Positions 51,919 to 62,688 of a stretch of DNA of 64,000 nt are shown here, piece after piece. Numbering within the stretch: position 1 is the stretch's first letter; each line of letters opens with the position of its first letter. Source of the DNA: a virus (Duplodnaviria; Caudoviricetes). The notes beneath the pieces are model-generated. The model did no database searches. It was not told the DNA's origin and was given only the letters and a program-made list of their open reading frames with translations. The stretch spans positions 128,001 through 192,000 of the IMG/VR virus record IMGVR_UViG_3300033463_000010; one strand, given 5' to 3'. The translations under genes and the position numbers were made by a program.

Positions 51919-52353
51919 CTAATGGTCGGTTTCGGTTTCCTTGACAAGCCAATAGGTTCCGTAACGCTTGCCCGTTCGGGGGTCCTTGTCGGTCCTGCAT
52001 TCAATATGCAGACCCAACTTCTTCAAGTTGAAAATTTGGGCACTCAAACGGAAGCAACCGAACATTTCCAGGGCATCAAGCGGTGTAATCGTGTGCCCGC
52101 CCTCAAGCCATTCCTTGATAGAGAGCATTTGCGACTTCTGCGACGACTTGTCAATCTGCCAGGACGGTTGAACGCCACTTTGGTCTGCTGTGGGCTTGAC
52201 CTGCAAATTGAGCAGCAGGGCATCGGGTGTAATCGGGGTCCAATCCTTAACTACAAGGTCGGACTTGCCCTTGAACTTGATATAGATTTTCTTCGGGAGT
52301 TTACCCTCGTAGGCTTCTATGAGTTCCTGCGGAACGATAAACGGTTCTGTCAT
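51919..52353 (-). CDS. Winged helix-turn-helix protein
   Basis: SQ...I..WL..G..ITPLDAL..FGCFRLSA.I..LK..G..I. Confidence 0.75.
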   Translation of the reverse strand: MTEPFIVPQELIEAYEGKLPKKIYIKFKGKSDLVVKDWTPITPDALLLNLQVKPTADQSGVQPSWQIDKSSQKSQMLSIKEWLEGGHTITPLDALEMFGCFRLSAQIFNLKKLGLHIECRTDKDPRTGKRYGTYWLVKETETDH

Positions 52354-52377
52354 TGTGCTATCCTCGGTTTAGGGTTA

Positions 52378-53487
52378 TTACGACATAGGTGCAAACAGAG
52401 TAGTCGCTTTGCCGTCCGTCCACACGGTCGGGTGTGTCAAGAACTTCGTAGCCTTGAACACTACGGGTGAATTGTCGTCAAAGCGTTCCATAAGTTTAAG
52501 AAGTGCCAAAGCGTCCATTTTGACACCCGTGTAGTTGTCAAATGCGTAGTCCGACGGGACCGCCTGCACACCCAGGTATTCCGTGCCATACGTGAGCATT
52601 ACAGGGCAGAACCCCTTTGTCGTATGCTTCACGATTACGGACAAGCGTTTCAGTTCGTCACGGAGCGACTTTACGTTCACTTTAAGGACCGTGGTGAATT
52701 TGTCCTGGGTATCAACGATATGGTGGAAATCGGGGTAGGTCCCGCCAACGAACGCACCATACACAGAGAACTGCTTACCCTCAAAACTGTAATGCCCTAC
52801 GTGCAACATAAGGTTACAGTCAGTGCCTAGCAGGGACATAGCCTTGAACGCCTTGCACGGAATGGCACGACGGAATGTAGGTTCCTGGACTAGACTTGTG
52901 TAAATGAGTGCGTGGCGGTCCGTCGCAGCGAACCCGTGATTTACGTCGCTGCTTTCAAACAGAATGCTGTTCAATGCCGTGTATTGGGTGTCTTCAATGC
53001 ACAGGGGCGAAATGTATTTGTGGATATACTTAATGTCATATTCCGTCATAGTTACCCACCCCTCGTCCGTATCAATGGGGATAACTAGCGTCGGGCAGTC
53101 CTTACCAGGAACGCCCGCAATCTTACCGCAGGTCAAGCAGTTGTCCTTGAACACCAGGGCTGTGCCCTCACGTTCCACCAGGAACACACCGCTGCTGCGG
53201 GGAGCCTTTGCGAGCATATTTTCCAAAGTTGGGTATTCAACAGCCAGGTCAATTTCCCCACTTCCACGAAGCCCTTTCAACGAAAGGTCAGCGTAGCATT
53301 CCGTATCGGTCACACGGATAAAGCCGTCCCCGTTCTTATAGTAGATACGGACAAACTTTAAAATTTGGACGGTTGTCCTCTTCGGGACAATGCAGTTCAC
53401 GGCAGAAATGAACCGTGCGAGCAGGTCACGGGAAATGCTAAACGACGCTTCGGCTGTCTTTGATTTCAATGCAAGATTAAAAGCCAT
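52378..53487 (-). CDS. Second, divergent beta-clamp-like protein
   Basis: 369 aa; IVPKRTTVQIL, VTDTE, ALNSILFE, AATDRHAL, GTYPDF. Confidence 0.75.
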   Translation of the reverse strand: MAFNLALKSKTAEASFSISRDLLARFISAVNCIVPKRTTVQILKFVRIYYKNGDGFIRVTDTECYADLSLKGLRGSGEIDLAVEYPTLENMLAKAPRSSGVFLVEREGTALVFKDNCLTCGKIAGVPGKDCPTLVIPIDTDEGWVTMTEYDIKYIHKYISPLCIEDTQYTALNSILFESSDVNHGFAATDRHALIYTSLVQEPTFRRAIPCKAFKAMSLLGTDCNLMLHVGHYSFEGKQFSVYGAFVGGTYPDFHHIVDTQDKFTTVLKVNVKSLRDELKRLSVIVKHTTKGFCPVMLTYGTEYLGVQAVPSDYAFDNYTGVKMDALALLKLMERFDDNSPVVFKATKFLTHPTVWTDGKATTLFAPMS

Positions 53488-53750
53488 ACTATAACCCGTA
53501 GGAAAGTTTTACTTGTTGCAGTTTATTCTTAAATTCGTCGGTGGTCCAATCGTGCTTACCGCAGAAGTCCTCGCCCCGTCCCCAGGCAACGCACTTGTCG
53601 TCCCACAGGTGAGCAACAAAGTAGCCCACTCCCGACGTAAAGACACGTAAGCACGGGTGCTTCTTTTTCGCTGCACCCTTGATAGTGCAATCGGGGAATA
53701 CTTCCTTGCAGATAGAAACAAACTCTTTGGCTTCCATAATCACCCCTGGG

Positions 53751-54683
53751 TTAAATCATATCCAATTCTTTCATAACGCTGCGGGCTTCGTCGGGCGTAA
53801 GGTCGCCAGGGTCACGGGGGTTCCCTTTAGCGTCAAGCCCAAATTCCGCAGCACACACTTCAACGGAGCAGCCACAGGCTGAAATATCCCTGGCGTATTC
53901 ACGGGCGTGTTCCTGGGCTTCGGGTTCGGGGTCAAACAGGAACACCACTTCTTTCCACATAGAAATCAAGTTCACCTGTTCACGGGTAAGGGAAGTCCCG
54001 AACGTTGCGACGGAGCCTGGACCCATACGCCATTGGTCAAACACGCCTTCCACGACCACGATACGGTCCTTGTTTCGGGCAAGTTCGGCACCATACAGCA
54101 GGTGCTTATGGTGGACCACGGCTTTATCCACGGGGCAGCACTTGTAGCGTAAATCCTGCATTCCCGTATAGTCACGCCCCTGGAACGTGCAAAGGTTCCC
54201 CCAAACGTCGTAAACGGGGATTATGACACGGAAACGAAAGTCAATCCCTTGCCAATATCCAATATCGGTAGTCCCCAGGATTCCGTGATAGAACTCCAAT
54301 TCTTCGGGGTCAAACTTTCGGACTTCGCTCAAATAGCGACGGTGGCATTCCTTTAACGGCTCGCCTGGAAGCGTGATACTCTTTACGTTAGACTTGTGCG
54401 TTTGTTCCGCTTGCAGAAACGGATTGATACCCTTTGAATACTTCTGTATAAGCTGCCGTGCCGTGTCCATAGGGATATGGGCAGCAAGCGACACAGCCTT
54501 TACAGGGTGCCCGCCTTTACAACGCCAACATTGGTAATTTCCCTTGCTAATGGAAAATCCACCGTGGTTACTGTGGTCGTCGCAGAAAGGACATTGAATG
54601 TTAATGTTCCCTGGGGCAACGTTCTTTCCGCTGTCCCAACACGGAACATTCAAGTCCATAAATAGCTGCTTCCAATCTACCAT
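53751..54683 (-). CDS. DNA primase (Zn finger plus TOPRIM)
   Basis: CPFC..H...CWRC, IIPV...FQGR, VVVEGVFD, FLFDPE. Confidence 0.9.
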   Translation of the reverse strand: MVDWKQLFMDLNVPCWDSGKNVAPGNINIQCPFCDDHSNHGGFSISKGNYQCWRCKGGHPVKAVSLAAHIPMDTARQLIQKYSKGINPFLQAEQTHKSNVKSITLPGEPLKECHRRYLSEVRKFDPEELEFYHGILGTTDIGYWQGIDFRFRVIIPVYDVWGNLCTFQGRDYTGMQDLRYKCCPVDKAVVHHKHLLYGAELARNKDRIVVVEGVFDQWRMGPGSVATFGTSLTREQVNLISMWKEVVFLFDPEPEAQEHAREYARDISACGCSVEVCAAEFGLDAKGNPRDPGDLTPDEARSVMKELDMI

Positions 54684-54982
54684 TAAACGTCAACCTTAAT
54701 GCTGTCAAGATACTGCTGAATGATAGCGTGAACACGCTGACGGGATATGCCCTCGTTAATGGCAATCTGCGAATAAGACATACCCTTTTCGTGCATTTCG
54801 TAGAACTTCTTTCCACGCAGGTCACGGTCTTCGGTAATCTTGCCCTTTACAGGACGGAAGCCCTGGTGCAAATGGGCACGGGCAAAATAGGCACATTGGG
54901 CATAAGTTTTGCCCTTCGGGATTTTGTTGTTCTTGACGGCTTCAATCTGTGTAGCCGTCCAATTCTTGTATGGAGTCAACAT
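54683..54982 (-). CDS. Small HTH protein (sigma region 4-like)
   Basis: GMSYSQIA..EGISRQRVHAII. Confidence 0.75.
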   Translation of the reverse strand: MLTPYKNWTATQIEAVKNNKIPKGKTYAQCAYFARAHLHQGFRPVKGKITEDRDLRGKKFYEMHEKGMSYSQIAINEGISRQRVHAIIQQYLDSIKVDV

Positions 54983-55305
54983 ATAGCACCTCTCATTTAT
55001 AAAACAATTCTTGTATCATTGTTACAGCATATAGAGCGAATACGGATATTGCAATCATCGTGACGAGAATACACACGACGACAAAAGATATGGTCCCTAA
55101 CGCTCTTAATCCACGCCAAAACATCTGTCAATACCTATATAGCAACAAAGCTGCTATTCTTCGTCTTCCCGCAGCAATTCCAGGTGAGTAGTCGTCGTGG
55201 GCGGTTGCATAGCCATAAACGCTTCTGCCTTTGATTCCGTCGTGAAAAGACGATACTTCGGCTTGTATGCAGGGTTCACGAAAGTGCAAATAACCAAAAA
55301 CTTAA

Positions 55306-57221
55306 TCACTGCAATTCCCTCCCACAAATGGGACAGAACAAGATACTATCGCTAGAAATCTGCAAGTCTTCATTGAGTGGTGACGCTTTAAGGACATAGC
55401 CCTTTTCGCTGTCACGGACCACCTGGAACGTGCTGTCGTCCCCGAAGTCTTCGCCCCCGATACCAACTTCAAGCAGACCGCAGTTGCAATGCGGGCACTT
55501 GTTGGGTATCATAGCCTTTGCCTTTTCGGTCAGCTTCAATCCCAGGGGGTTCTTACCAATGTCAGCCCTGGCACGGTAGTTACGCTCAAGCTGCATAGCG
55601 TCGTTGGCTAGGTCGTAAAGGTGAGAATGGATTACCTGGAAGTCAAGGTAGCAGGAATGGACCACATCAAGTTTTTCCTTGTATTCGGGGTGTTCCTTAA
55701 TAAGTTCTTCCAGGAACTTGCCACAGTCCAATTCGTTCGCCTTACGGACAAGGGGCTTCAAACTCTTTGCGTAGTCGTGGAAATCCTTGAAGTTCATTCT
55801 TCCTCCACTTCTGCGAACAGGACGGAGTTGAACGGGGTATTCGTGCCCTTAATCCAAATAAGCGTGTAGCTGTTATTGACTTGAATATCGGTCAATTCGT
55901 AGATTTCGCCCACGGTGAGTTCGCCCTTGTCGTCGCCCCACCACCCCGAATTTTTGTCGTTTCGTATGCACTTGATTTTACGGGGTTCGTGGTTATCAAT
56001 GTCAAGTTCACCGAACATAAGGGAACGCCTGGATTCCTTGCTTTCGGGATTATCCTTGTGGCTTCCGAAAGACGGGGGGACATTGATAGCCAGGTGCGTA
56101 ATTCTTACAAGGTATAGTTCGTTGTCATTTCCTTTTTCAAACTCACCGCAAAGCGTCACGTCGGACGTAAAGCCGTTCAATACAAGCGTCTTCAAAGTCT
56201 GCCCGCAGAGGTAGCGGTGCGAATCCACATTCACCACCGCCACAAGCCCGTGTTCCTTGTCGGGACGGATAGTTGCAACGCTACCAACCTTGTAAACCAG
56301 GTTGGCTGCGGTAGCCGACGGCTTTTCGTTTGTCGGGAGCAGTGAAGCGGGACGCATATCTTCGGGCAACTCCAAAAAGTCCGCAATAACCCGTTCCGAA
56401 ACACGATACTTGCGACCGTCGTTCGTGAAATTCACGGGGATTTCCACGACGGTAATGTTTCTAGGCTTCTGCGGGCTAAACGGGTCCGCAGGGTTGTCAC
56501 TGTCGGTCTTTTCCAGGAAACCTTGAACTTCCTTAAAGTCCGTGTGGGAGTTCATAAGGTAGTTCAAGCAGGCTGTAAATTCCTTTGCAGCCTTGACCCA
56601 ATCTTCGTTTTCAAGGGCTTCACCGTTCGCATACTTGTCAGCGTTCATTTTAATGGTGTCAGCCACGTAGTAAAGTTTGTTCTTGATTTCTTCTCTTGTC
56701 ATAGGATTAACCCCCGAAAACAGTTTCAATGTAACCGTCCAGGGCGAAAGCACCCAGGAGGACAAGGGCACCTGCGATTCCCTGTGCCCAATAGACGACC
56801 TTTGCAACCCTAGCCTTGTGGCGGTTGTAAGCAGTCCAGGAAGAATATCCGTTAGGAATGTATTCGTTGAAATGGAAATTGTTAGCCATTGTGGTTGTCC
56901 TCCAGGTTAAATCTTTTCGTGTTCAATGCGGTAGATTTCGGCTTCCACCTTTTCCATATAGGTGTCCGTGACTTCGCCAACGGTTACGTCCTTAATGCCC
57001 GTAAACGCAGCTTCAAGAGCAGTCTTGCATAAGGCTGCGACTTCGGCAGACTTGAAAGCGTAGGTTGCGTGATACCTGCTGCAAAAACCGCCATTGTAGC
57101 AGAACTTTGCGTCAGCGAACTTCTTTGCGATACGCCCCACTTTGGAAGCGTAATTGATAATGTAGGTGACGCTAACCGTGAACGGGTAGGTCTGCAAGGT
57201 TTGGTAGTCGGCAGTAATCAT
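55306..57221 (-). other. Four hypothetical CDSs
   Basis: 55306-55797 (C-terminal FCPICGR), 55794-about 56702, 56707-56889, 56907-57221. Confidence 0.6.
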
Positions 57222-57304
57222 TTTGGAAGCCTCGGTTAAAGTGGTTGTCTTTCCTTTACAACCTAAATATAACAAAATACCTGCGGGGTGTCAACAGGTA
57301 TTGT
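57222..57304 (-). promoter_or_regulatory. Class I promoter/operator cassette
   Basis: TTGACA 57289-57294, TATATT 57266-57271, AATACCTG-N11-CAGGTATT. Confidence 0.88.
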
Positions 57305-57328
57305 TAAAAATGATATGTTAAATTTAGT

Positions 57329-58045
57329 TTACACTACTTCAAAATCACGGGGCTTGTTCCGTATCGGGAAGTCGTGTTCACGGATTAGGTCCACGTAGGT
57401 CTGCAAGGACTCACGGTAGTCCTGGTGTTGGTCGGAGTCGCCACCTACTTTGCCGTTGAGCAAAGTTTCGTTAGTCATAGCAACGCACAAATGCAGGTGT
57501 TCGCATTCAAGACCGAGGAATTGGTCTTCGCTGCCCCACTTGTTGAAGCGTGGCTCAAACAGGAACCCGTGGTTGTATGCCATTACGTCCTGTATCGCAC
57601 CCACACGCATACAGAACCCGCAGGAATAGAACGGGTTACATAACGTTCCTGTGTCCACGACTGTGGCACCGCTCAAAGGGACGAAAATCTTTTGGTGCCG
57701 TGCGTCGTGTTCGCAGGAATACAGCATACAGTCAATGCTGTATGTCCGCATAAGGTTTAGGACCTTTTCGGGGTTGTATTCCGTCGGGTAGCGGTCCCCG
57801 TCAAAGAACTCAACGTAGTCGTTGTAATCGGGCGAAAATTCCCGTAGGATAAACTGCAAGCCCGTGTTACGGTTCATACCCCTATGACCTGCCGACGGCA
57901 TAAGGACATAGTGACAGCCCAGGGCTTCGCATTCCTTAATGTCTTCGGCAGTCGGAGCGTCAAACACGAACACGGTATGGTCGTCGTGCGGGAACTTACG
58001 GATATTTTCCGTTTGGTTATGGGATAGAATTACACGGTAGAGCAT
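57329..58045 (-). CDS. GT-A fold glycosyltransferase (family 2/7-like)
   Basis: RN.GL, FFDGD (DxD), F..WGSED. Confidence 0.7.
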   Translation of the reverse strand: MLYRVILSHNQTENIRKFPHDDHTVFVFDAPTAEDIKECEALGCHYVLMPSAGHRGMNRNTGLQFILREFSPDYNDYVEFFDGDRYPTEYNPEKVLNLMRTYSIDCMLYSCEHDARHQKIFVPLSGATVVDTGTLCNPFYSCGFCMRVGAIQDVMAYNHGFLFEPRFNKWGSEDQFLGLECEHLHLCVAMTNETLLNGKVGGDSDQHQDYRESLQTYVDLIREHDFPIRNKPRDFEVV

Positions 58046-58048
58046 AGG

Positions 58049-59731
58049 CTAGTATTCCATAACGAACACGGAACCCTTCAAGTATGTAAATGTTAATTTG
58101 GCTCTTGCCAATATACGCACCTGTTCATTATTGAACGGGGAAGACGACGGACCTGCATTATGGGGCTGACCCATATTGTAGAAGATAGGCTTAATATGGT
58201 TATCATCCGACCTAGTTTCTTCACCCCAACGCCTCATATAAGTTCCGTTATTTCCCGAATAATTCACAAAATAAATATCGGGTCGGGCACCTAAAGAATC
58301 ACAATCCAACGTAGGTGCGTTAATATGCTGTGACACAGGTGAAGCCTGCACACCGTATGCCTTTGATGGGGTCCCAATAGTATAAGAATCTGCACCTGGC
58401 AATTTAACGCAATACAGGTTGATTTCATAGACAGTCCCTTCTACCAGGCTTCCAATGTCTATATATAACGTCTGTCGTGGATTGACATACCAATTAACGG
58501 GTGCTTCCTGTCCGCTATACCCGTCTTCATAGTTACTAATGGCATACCAAAAGAACCAATCCAGGGTAGATACCACACCTTTTTCAAAAGAAAATCCAGG
58601 ATAACCGCTATACCAATCGGGACAAGCAGACTCACCACCCGAAGCGTATCTTGACATATCCTGCTTTGGGGATAGAAACGCAGAAAAACCTGGCTTCACA
58701 ATAGACAGGGTGTCTATGCTGTTAGAATCGCCAACAATATAGCGGTGAGTAGTAATTATGCCACGGGTGTCAAAGTCCACCAATGCAGCCCTGCCACCGC
58801 CACCACCGCCACCGACACCCGTATTTTCTTTTGTGATAGTGCCGTCTTTATGAATAATAATCTTCCTGCCCTCGGACGCATTGCTAAACGTTGTATCATA
58901 AGAACTACCGTGGTCCCTATGATATACCGACGTAGATTGATGGTGTCTTACAAAAAGAGAAGCACGGGTGCCTAGACGATAGGATTCCGCAAACCTGTCA
59001 AACAAGCCGTATTGAACCGTGTCCGCTTCGTCTATACTATATCCCAAGTCGCCACTACAACCACCGCCCATCCAATCGGCTACGAACACGCCTGGTGATT
59101 GTGACTCCGTAAGCTCGTCGTCAAACCCATAACCACTTAACTGCTCTTGAGTATAAATCTTTACGGCACCATTACGCTTCACAATAATTGGTCCCGTGGT
59201 TGAAGTCTTGTAAGAACCAATGCGAATAACTCCACTATACTGCACAGAGGACGTAATAGTGATAGGTGCCTTTGAAGTGCTATGAAAATTGATACCGCCC
59301 GAAACACCATTCACATTATAGGGGTATTGCGAATAAATGTCAGCAGCCCCGTCAGTTTTAGACGTAGTAAACTCACCGTTAGTAATAAAGTCGGTCAAGT
59401 CCACAATACCATTATTTGACGGGGTTATAAACGTAGAGGCGAACTCCAACGCCACCGTATTAGGTATTTTTGCAGCAATAAACACGCTCACGGGTGCTTT
59501 TGCTAGGAACGAATAGGATGCAGGGTCAGTCCCATCACTATTACTTGCGATAAGTTTACCAACTTCCACAACTGTATAAGTAGGGTGCTGCTCCATATAC
59601 TTGTCAAACATTTCCTGTGTAATGACAAAATCGTAATGAATAGATTCAGCCAACCTGTTCGCATTGATAGGCTTAAAGATGTCGTTCGCCCGATAGTCTG
59701 TATGGATTTCCTGGTTCGGATTATTCTTCAT
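58049..59731 (-). CDS. Probable virion or tail-associated protein
   Basis: G/S/T-rich, poly-Gly linker, AT-richer than its neighbours; function inferred from composition and context only. Confidence 0.45.
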   Translation of the reverse strand: MKNNPNQEIHTDYRANDIFKPINANRLAESIHYDFVITQEMFDKYMEQHPTYTVVEVGKLIASNSDGTDPASYSFLAKAPVSVFIAAKIPNTVALEFASTFITPSNNGIVDLTDFITNGEFTTSKTDGAADIYSQYPYNVNGVSGGINFHSTSKAPITITSSVQYSGVIRIGSYKTSTTGPIIVKRNGAVKIYTQEQLSGYGFDDELTESQSPGVFVADWMGGGCSGDLGYSIDEADTVQYGLFDRFAESYRLGTRASLFVRHHQSTSVYHRDHGSSYDTTFSNASEGRKIIIHKDGTITKENTGVGGGGGGGRAALVDFDTRGIITTHRYIVGDSNSIDTLSIVKPGFSAFLSPKQDMSRYASGGESACPDWYSGYPGFSFEKGVVSTLDWFFWYAISNYEDGYSGQEAPVNWYVNPRQTLYIDIGSLVEGTVYEINLYCVKLPGADSYTIGTPSKAYGVQASPVSQHINAPTLDCDSLGARPDIYFVNYSGNNGTYMRRWGEETRSDDNHIKPIFYNMGQPHNAGPSSSPFNNEQVRILARAKLTFTYLKGSVFVMEY

Positions 59732-59769
59732 AAAGGCAACCTCTTTTCCTTAAAAATAACTTTTTATCC

Positions 59770-62685
59770 CTACAATGCTTCGGTCGCAGCGATAATTTTA
59801 GCCCTAAAATCGTAAACGGAGTTCACGAACTTTTCAATCTTGTCGGCATAGTCCTTGAAGATTTCAAATCGGAACGGGGAATACTGCCCGTTGTTTTCGG
59901 GCAACTGCCCAATGAACTGCGGGGTGGAAATATGGAACTCCGACAAGTCGTCCTGCAAGTTCTTCAAGCGTTCACCGTTATCACCGCAAAGACCCGCCAA
60001 ATTGTAAGCTAAAAGATACAATTCGTGGATAATATCCATAAGCGACCACTTTTCGGGGTCCACGTATTTAGCACACTTCGGAATAGGATTACGCATTGTG
60101 ATATAGTGGTATTCGTCACCACTAGGGCTTACAGCGTCCACAGACAGGAACGAACCCAGGCTAGGACTTCCCGACAACTTTGACACCGATATGCTTTCGC
60201 ACGGGAACACATAGAACGTATAAGAGTCGTTTGACCCGTAGGACTTCGTTGTGCTTTCCAACGCTTCGTGAACAATCGCCATTTGCATAGAGCGGGTCTG
60301 CGACACGTAGCTAGAATGATAGAACAGGATATGCCCAGGGTTGGCGATTTCGTAATACAGGCTTGAACCCGATTTGACCTTTGCGTATTTTGCGACAAAT
60401 TCAAGGTAGGGCATTTCCTTGTAATGCCAGGACTGCATAGAAAGTAAATCGCCATAGACACCGAAGCACGGGAACTTCGTTTCTCGCCCGTGGTCTATTG
60501 AATAGCCGATAATGTCAGCAAGTTCTTCGTTGACGCTAGTTGCCGATTCATTGAACGAACGGTAATAGGTCACGAACGTAGTAGGTGCCTGGGCTTCTTC
60601 GGCAGACGCAGGAACCTTGCCGTCGGGGAAGAAGATATTGCCCAGGTAAACAGATTCGTTCTTTACTAGAACTTTCGCAAGGTTTAGCTGTGCGGACTTG
60701 TGCTTGTAAAGGGATTCGGAAACGGGACCCAATTCTTTCGGCTGTGCCGTGGCTGCGTCAAGGGCTGCGTATTGCTCCATAAGGATAGCGTCGTCGTTTA
60801 CGTTATCGCCACCCTGGTAGCCGACGGTCATAGGTTCACGGGTATCGTTCCCCTGGTCGTCCTTTGCAGGCGTGTCTTTTACGGGAGTAGCCACATTCAG
60901 CCCTGCCGTGACATTTGTCATATTCGCAATAATGTAGCCCGCCACGCAGTTGAACTCTATGCTACGGTTTCGGACTTGATAATTCGTAGAATCATTAGAC
61001 GGGAACATAACGAACCCGATACCGTCCGTAGTGTATGCGACGTTCACGCTGTCACCCTCGGCAACGGTCTGCCCGCCCGAAGACGTTTGTATGACCTGCC
61101 CGCTCTTTTTGTTCACCTTGTAAGCGACAAACGGGACACCCAAATTACGGTTCCAATCGTCGTTTACACCGCTTACAGGGTTAAACGACGGAGCAGCCAT
61201 ATACACTTCGTCGTCGTTCAAGCTGCCGTCCTTACCGCTGATTACGTGGGCAGCTTCGTTGAACGCAGACATAATAGCGTCATACATTTTTTCATACGCA
61301 TTGTCCGTGGGTTCAAGGACGTTGTTGTTTTCAAACTCAACGACCATTTGTCGCCATATAGCAGTCATTTGGTTTTCTACTATGTCAGCGAACCCGCTGT
61401 CAAGCCTCCACCTGTCGTAGTTCTTACCGCTAGGGTGGACATTGTTCACGTCCATTTGCAACAGCCAAAACTGCGTAATCGTGGACGGTTCAACACCGTA
61501 AGCCTGGAAGCCTTCCAGGATATAGTTGAGCAGCATATTGTAGGCGGTTTCGTAAAGCTGCTGCCATTGGTCCATAAGTGCCACGAACGTTTCCGTGAAA
61601 ATCGGGGCAAAGATTTCGGACACGCTAGGCTTGTCACTATCACCGTCCGAAACTTCAACGTTCGTTCCGTTAAGCGACATTTTGTCGGTATCTAGCTGTG
61701 CGAACGTGTGACCCACACGCAACGGCTTTGCAGACCCCTCGCCATACGAACGCCTGGGGTAGAAAGCGTTAATCGCAGGTAGATATTCATTAGTGTAGGA
61801 ACTGCCCCAATACTGCAAGGCACGTTCAAGCATATACATTGTATTGGGCAGGTAATACGGGGTGCCGTCAAGATACCAGGTGTCGGGGTTTTGATAGTCA
61901 AACTTGCCGATATACGAAGCCTGCCTTACGACCATTTTCGGGTCGGGAACAGGTAACGGGAGCGGTGTAAATCCCCGTCCTGGCGGGTTGTTATTAAGGT
62001 CTATTTGGTGGACGGTCCCGTTGCTCTTTGACGGGATTGGCAGCTTATACCAATACGCACAGGTGACGTTCGGAACAATGCTGTCAAGCAGCGGGAGCGG
62101 TGTAATCTTGAAATACAGGGCACCCCAATACTGCTGTATCATTCCCAGGTAGGATTCCAGGCAAAGCAGCCCGTCGGTCATAGAAATAAGGGCTAGGATT
62201 GTCTGCTTAATGGTAGCCTTTACGCCCGAAAGCAAATCGCCCGCAAGACTGCCTGTCTGCGTGGCAAGAATGCCCATAGCGTCGTAAAGTGCCCAATAGT
62301 TAGCTTCGCCCATATAGCGACGCAGGATAGGCGTGTCCTGGACGATTTCCCAGGCTTCCTTTGCGAAATCCAGGGTGAACGTCCCCGTGAAATCTGCACC
62401 CAGGTCGTTAATTTTCCCAAGCAGTTCCGCATACATTTCTTCAATCTGCTTCAAGCGGTCCAACCAATCGTTCAACCACTTGTCAATCTGCTTCAATGAA
62501 GACTTCTTACCCTTAATGAGCGGACCCATTAGCATATGGAGCGTGTCATACGCATTACGGGCACCCAGGACGGCTGCGGAAACATACGGGTTGTTGTCCT
62601 CGGCTGCAATAGCTACGTTGTCGTCCATTATGCTGTCGGACGGCTTTTCCTTGAACAACGAACCGATTTTGGAAAAAAGGTTCAT
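59770..62685 (-). CDS. Large hypothetical protein (probable virion component)
   Basis: 971-aa ORF near the lysis gene. Confidence 0.55.
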   Translation of the reverse strand: MNLFSKIGSLFKEKPSDSIMDDNVAIAAEDNNPYVSAAVLGARNAYDTLHMLMGPLIKGKKSSLKQIDKWLNDWLDRLKQIEEMYAELLGKINDLGADFTGTFTLDFAKEAWEIVQDTPILRRYMGEANYWALYDAMGILATQTGSLAGDLLSGVKATIKQTILALISMTDGLLCLESYLGMIQQYWGALYFKITPLPLLDSIVPNVTCAYWYKLPIPSKSNGTVHQIDLNNNPPGRGFTPLPLPVPDPKMVVRQASYIGKFDYQNPDTWYLDGTPYYLPNTMYMLERALQYWGSSYTNEYLPAINAFYPRRSYGEGSAKPLRVGHTFAQLDTDKMSLNGTNVEVSDGDSDKPSVSEIFAPIFTETFVALMDQWQQLYETAYNMLLNYILEGFQAYGVEPSTITQFWLLQMDVNNVHPSGKNYDRWRLDSGFADIVENQMTAIWRQMVVEFENNNVLEPTDNAYEKMYDAIMSAFNEAAHVISGKDGSLNDDEVYMAAPSFNPVSGVNDDWNRNLGVPFVAYKVNKKSGQVIQTSSGGQTVAEGDSVNVAYTTDGIGFVMFPSNDSTNYQVRNRSIEFNCVAGYIIANMTNVTAGLNVATPVKDTPAKDDQGNDTREPMTVGYQGGDNVNDDAILMEQYAALDAATAQPKELGPVSESLYKHKSAQLNLAKVLVKNESVYLGNIFFPDGKVPASAEEAQAPTTFVTYYRSFNESATSVNEELADIIGYSIDHGRETKFPCFGVYGDLLSMQSWHYKEMPYLEFVAKYAKVKSGSSLYYEIANPGHILFYHSSYVSQTRSMQMAIVHEALESTTKSYGSNDSYTFYVFPCESISVSKLSGSPSLGSFLSVDAVSPSGDEYHYITMRNPIPKCAKYVDPEKWSLMDIIHELYLLAYNLAGLCGDNGERLKNLQDDLSEFHISTPQFIGQLPENNGQYSPFRFEIFKDYADKIEKFVNSVYDFRAKIIAATEAL

Positions 62686-62688
62686 AGG

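Noticed and set aside
4447-57304. Repeated roughly 80-bp sequence as a CRISPR array or IS ends
   Set aside because: Copies are kilobases apart, lack spacer periodicity and contain -35/-10/RBS elements
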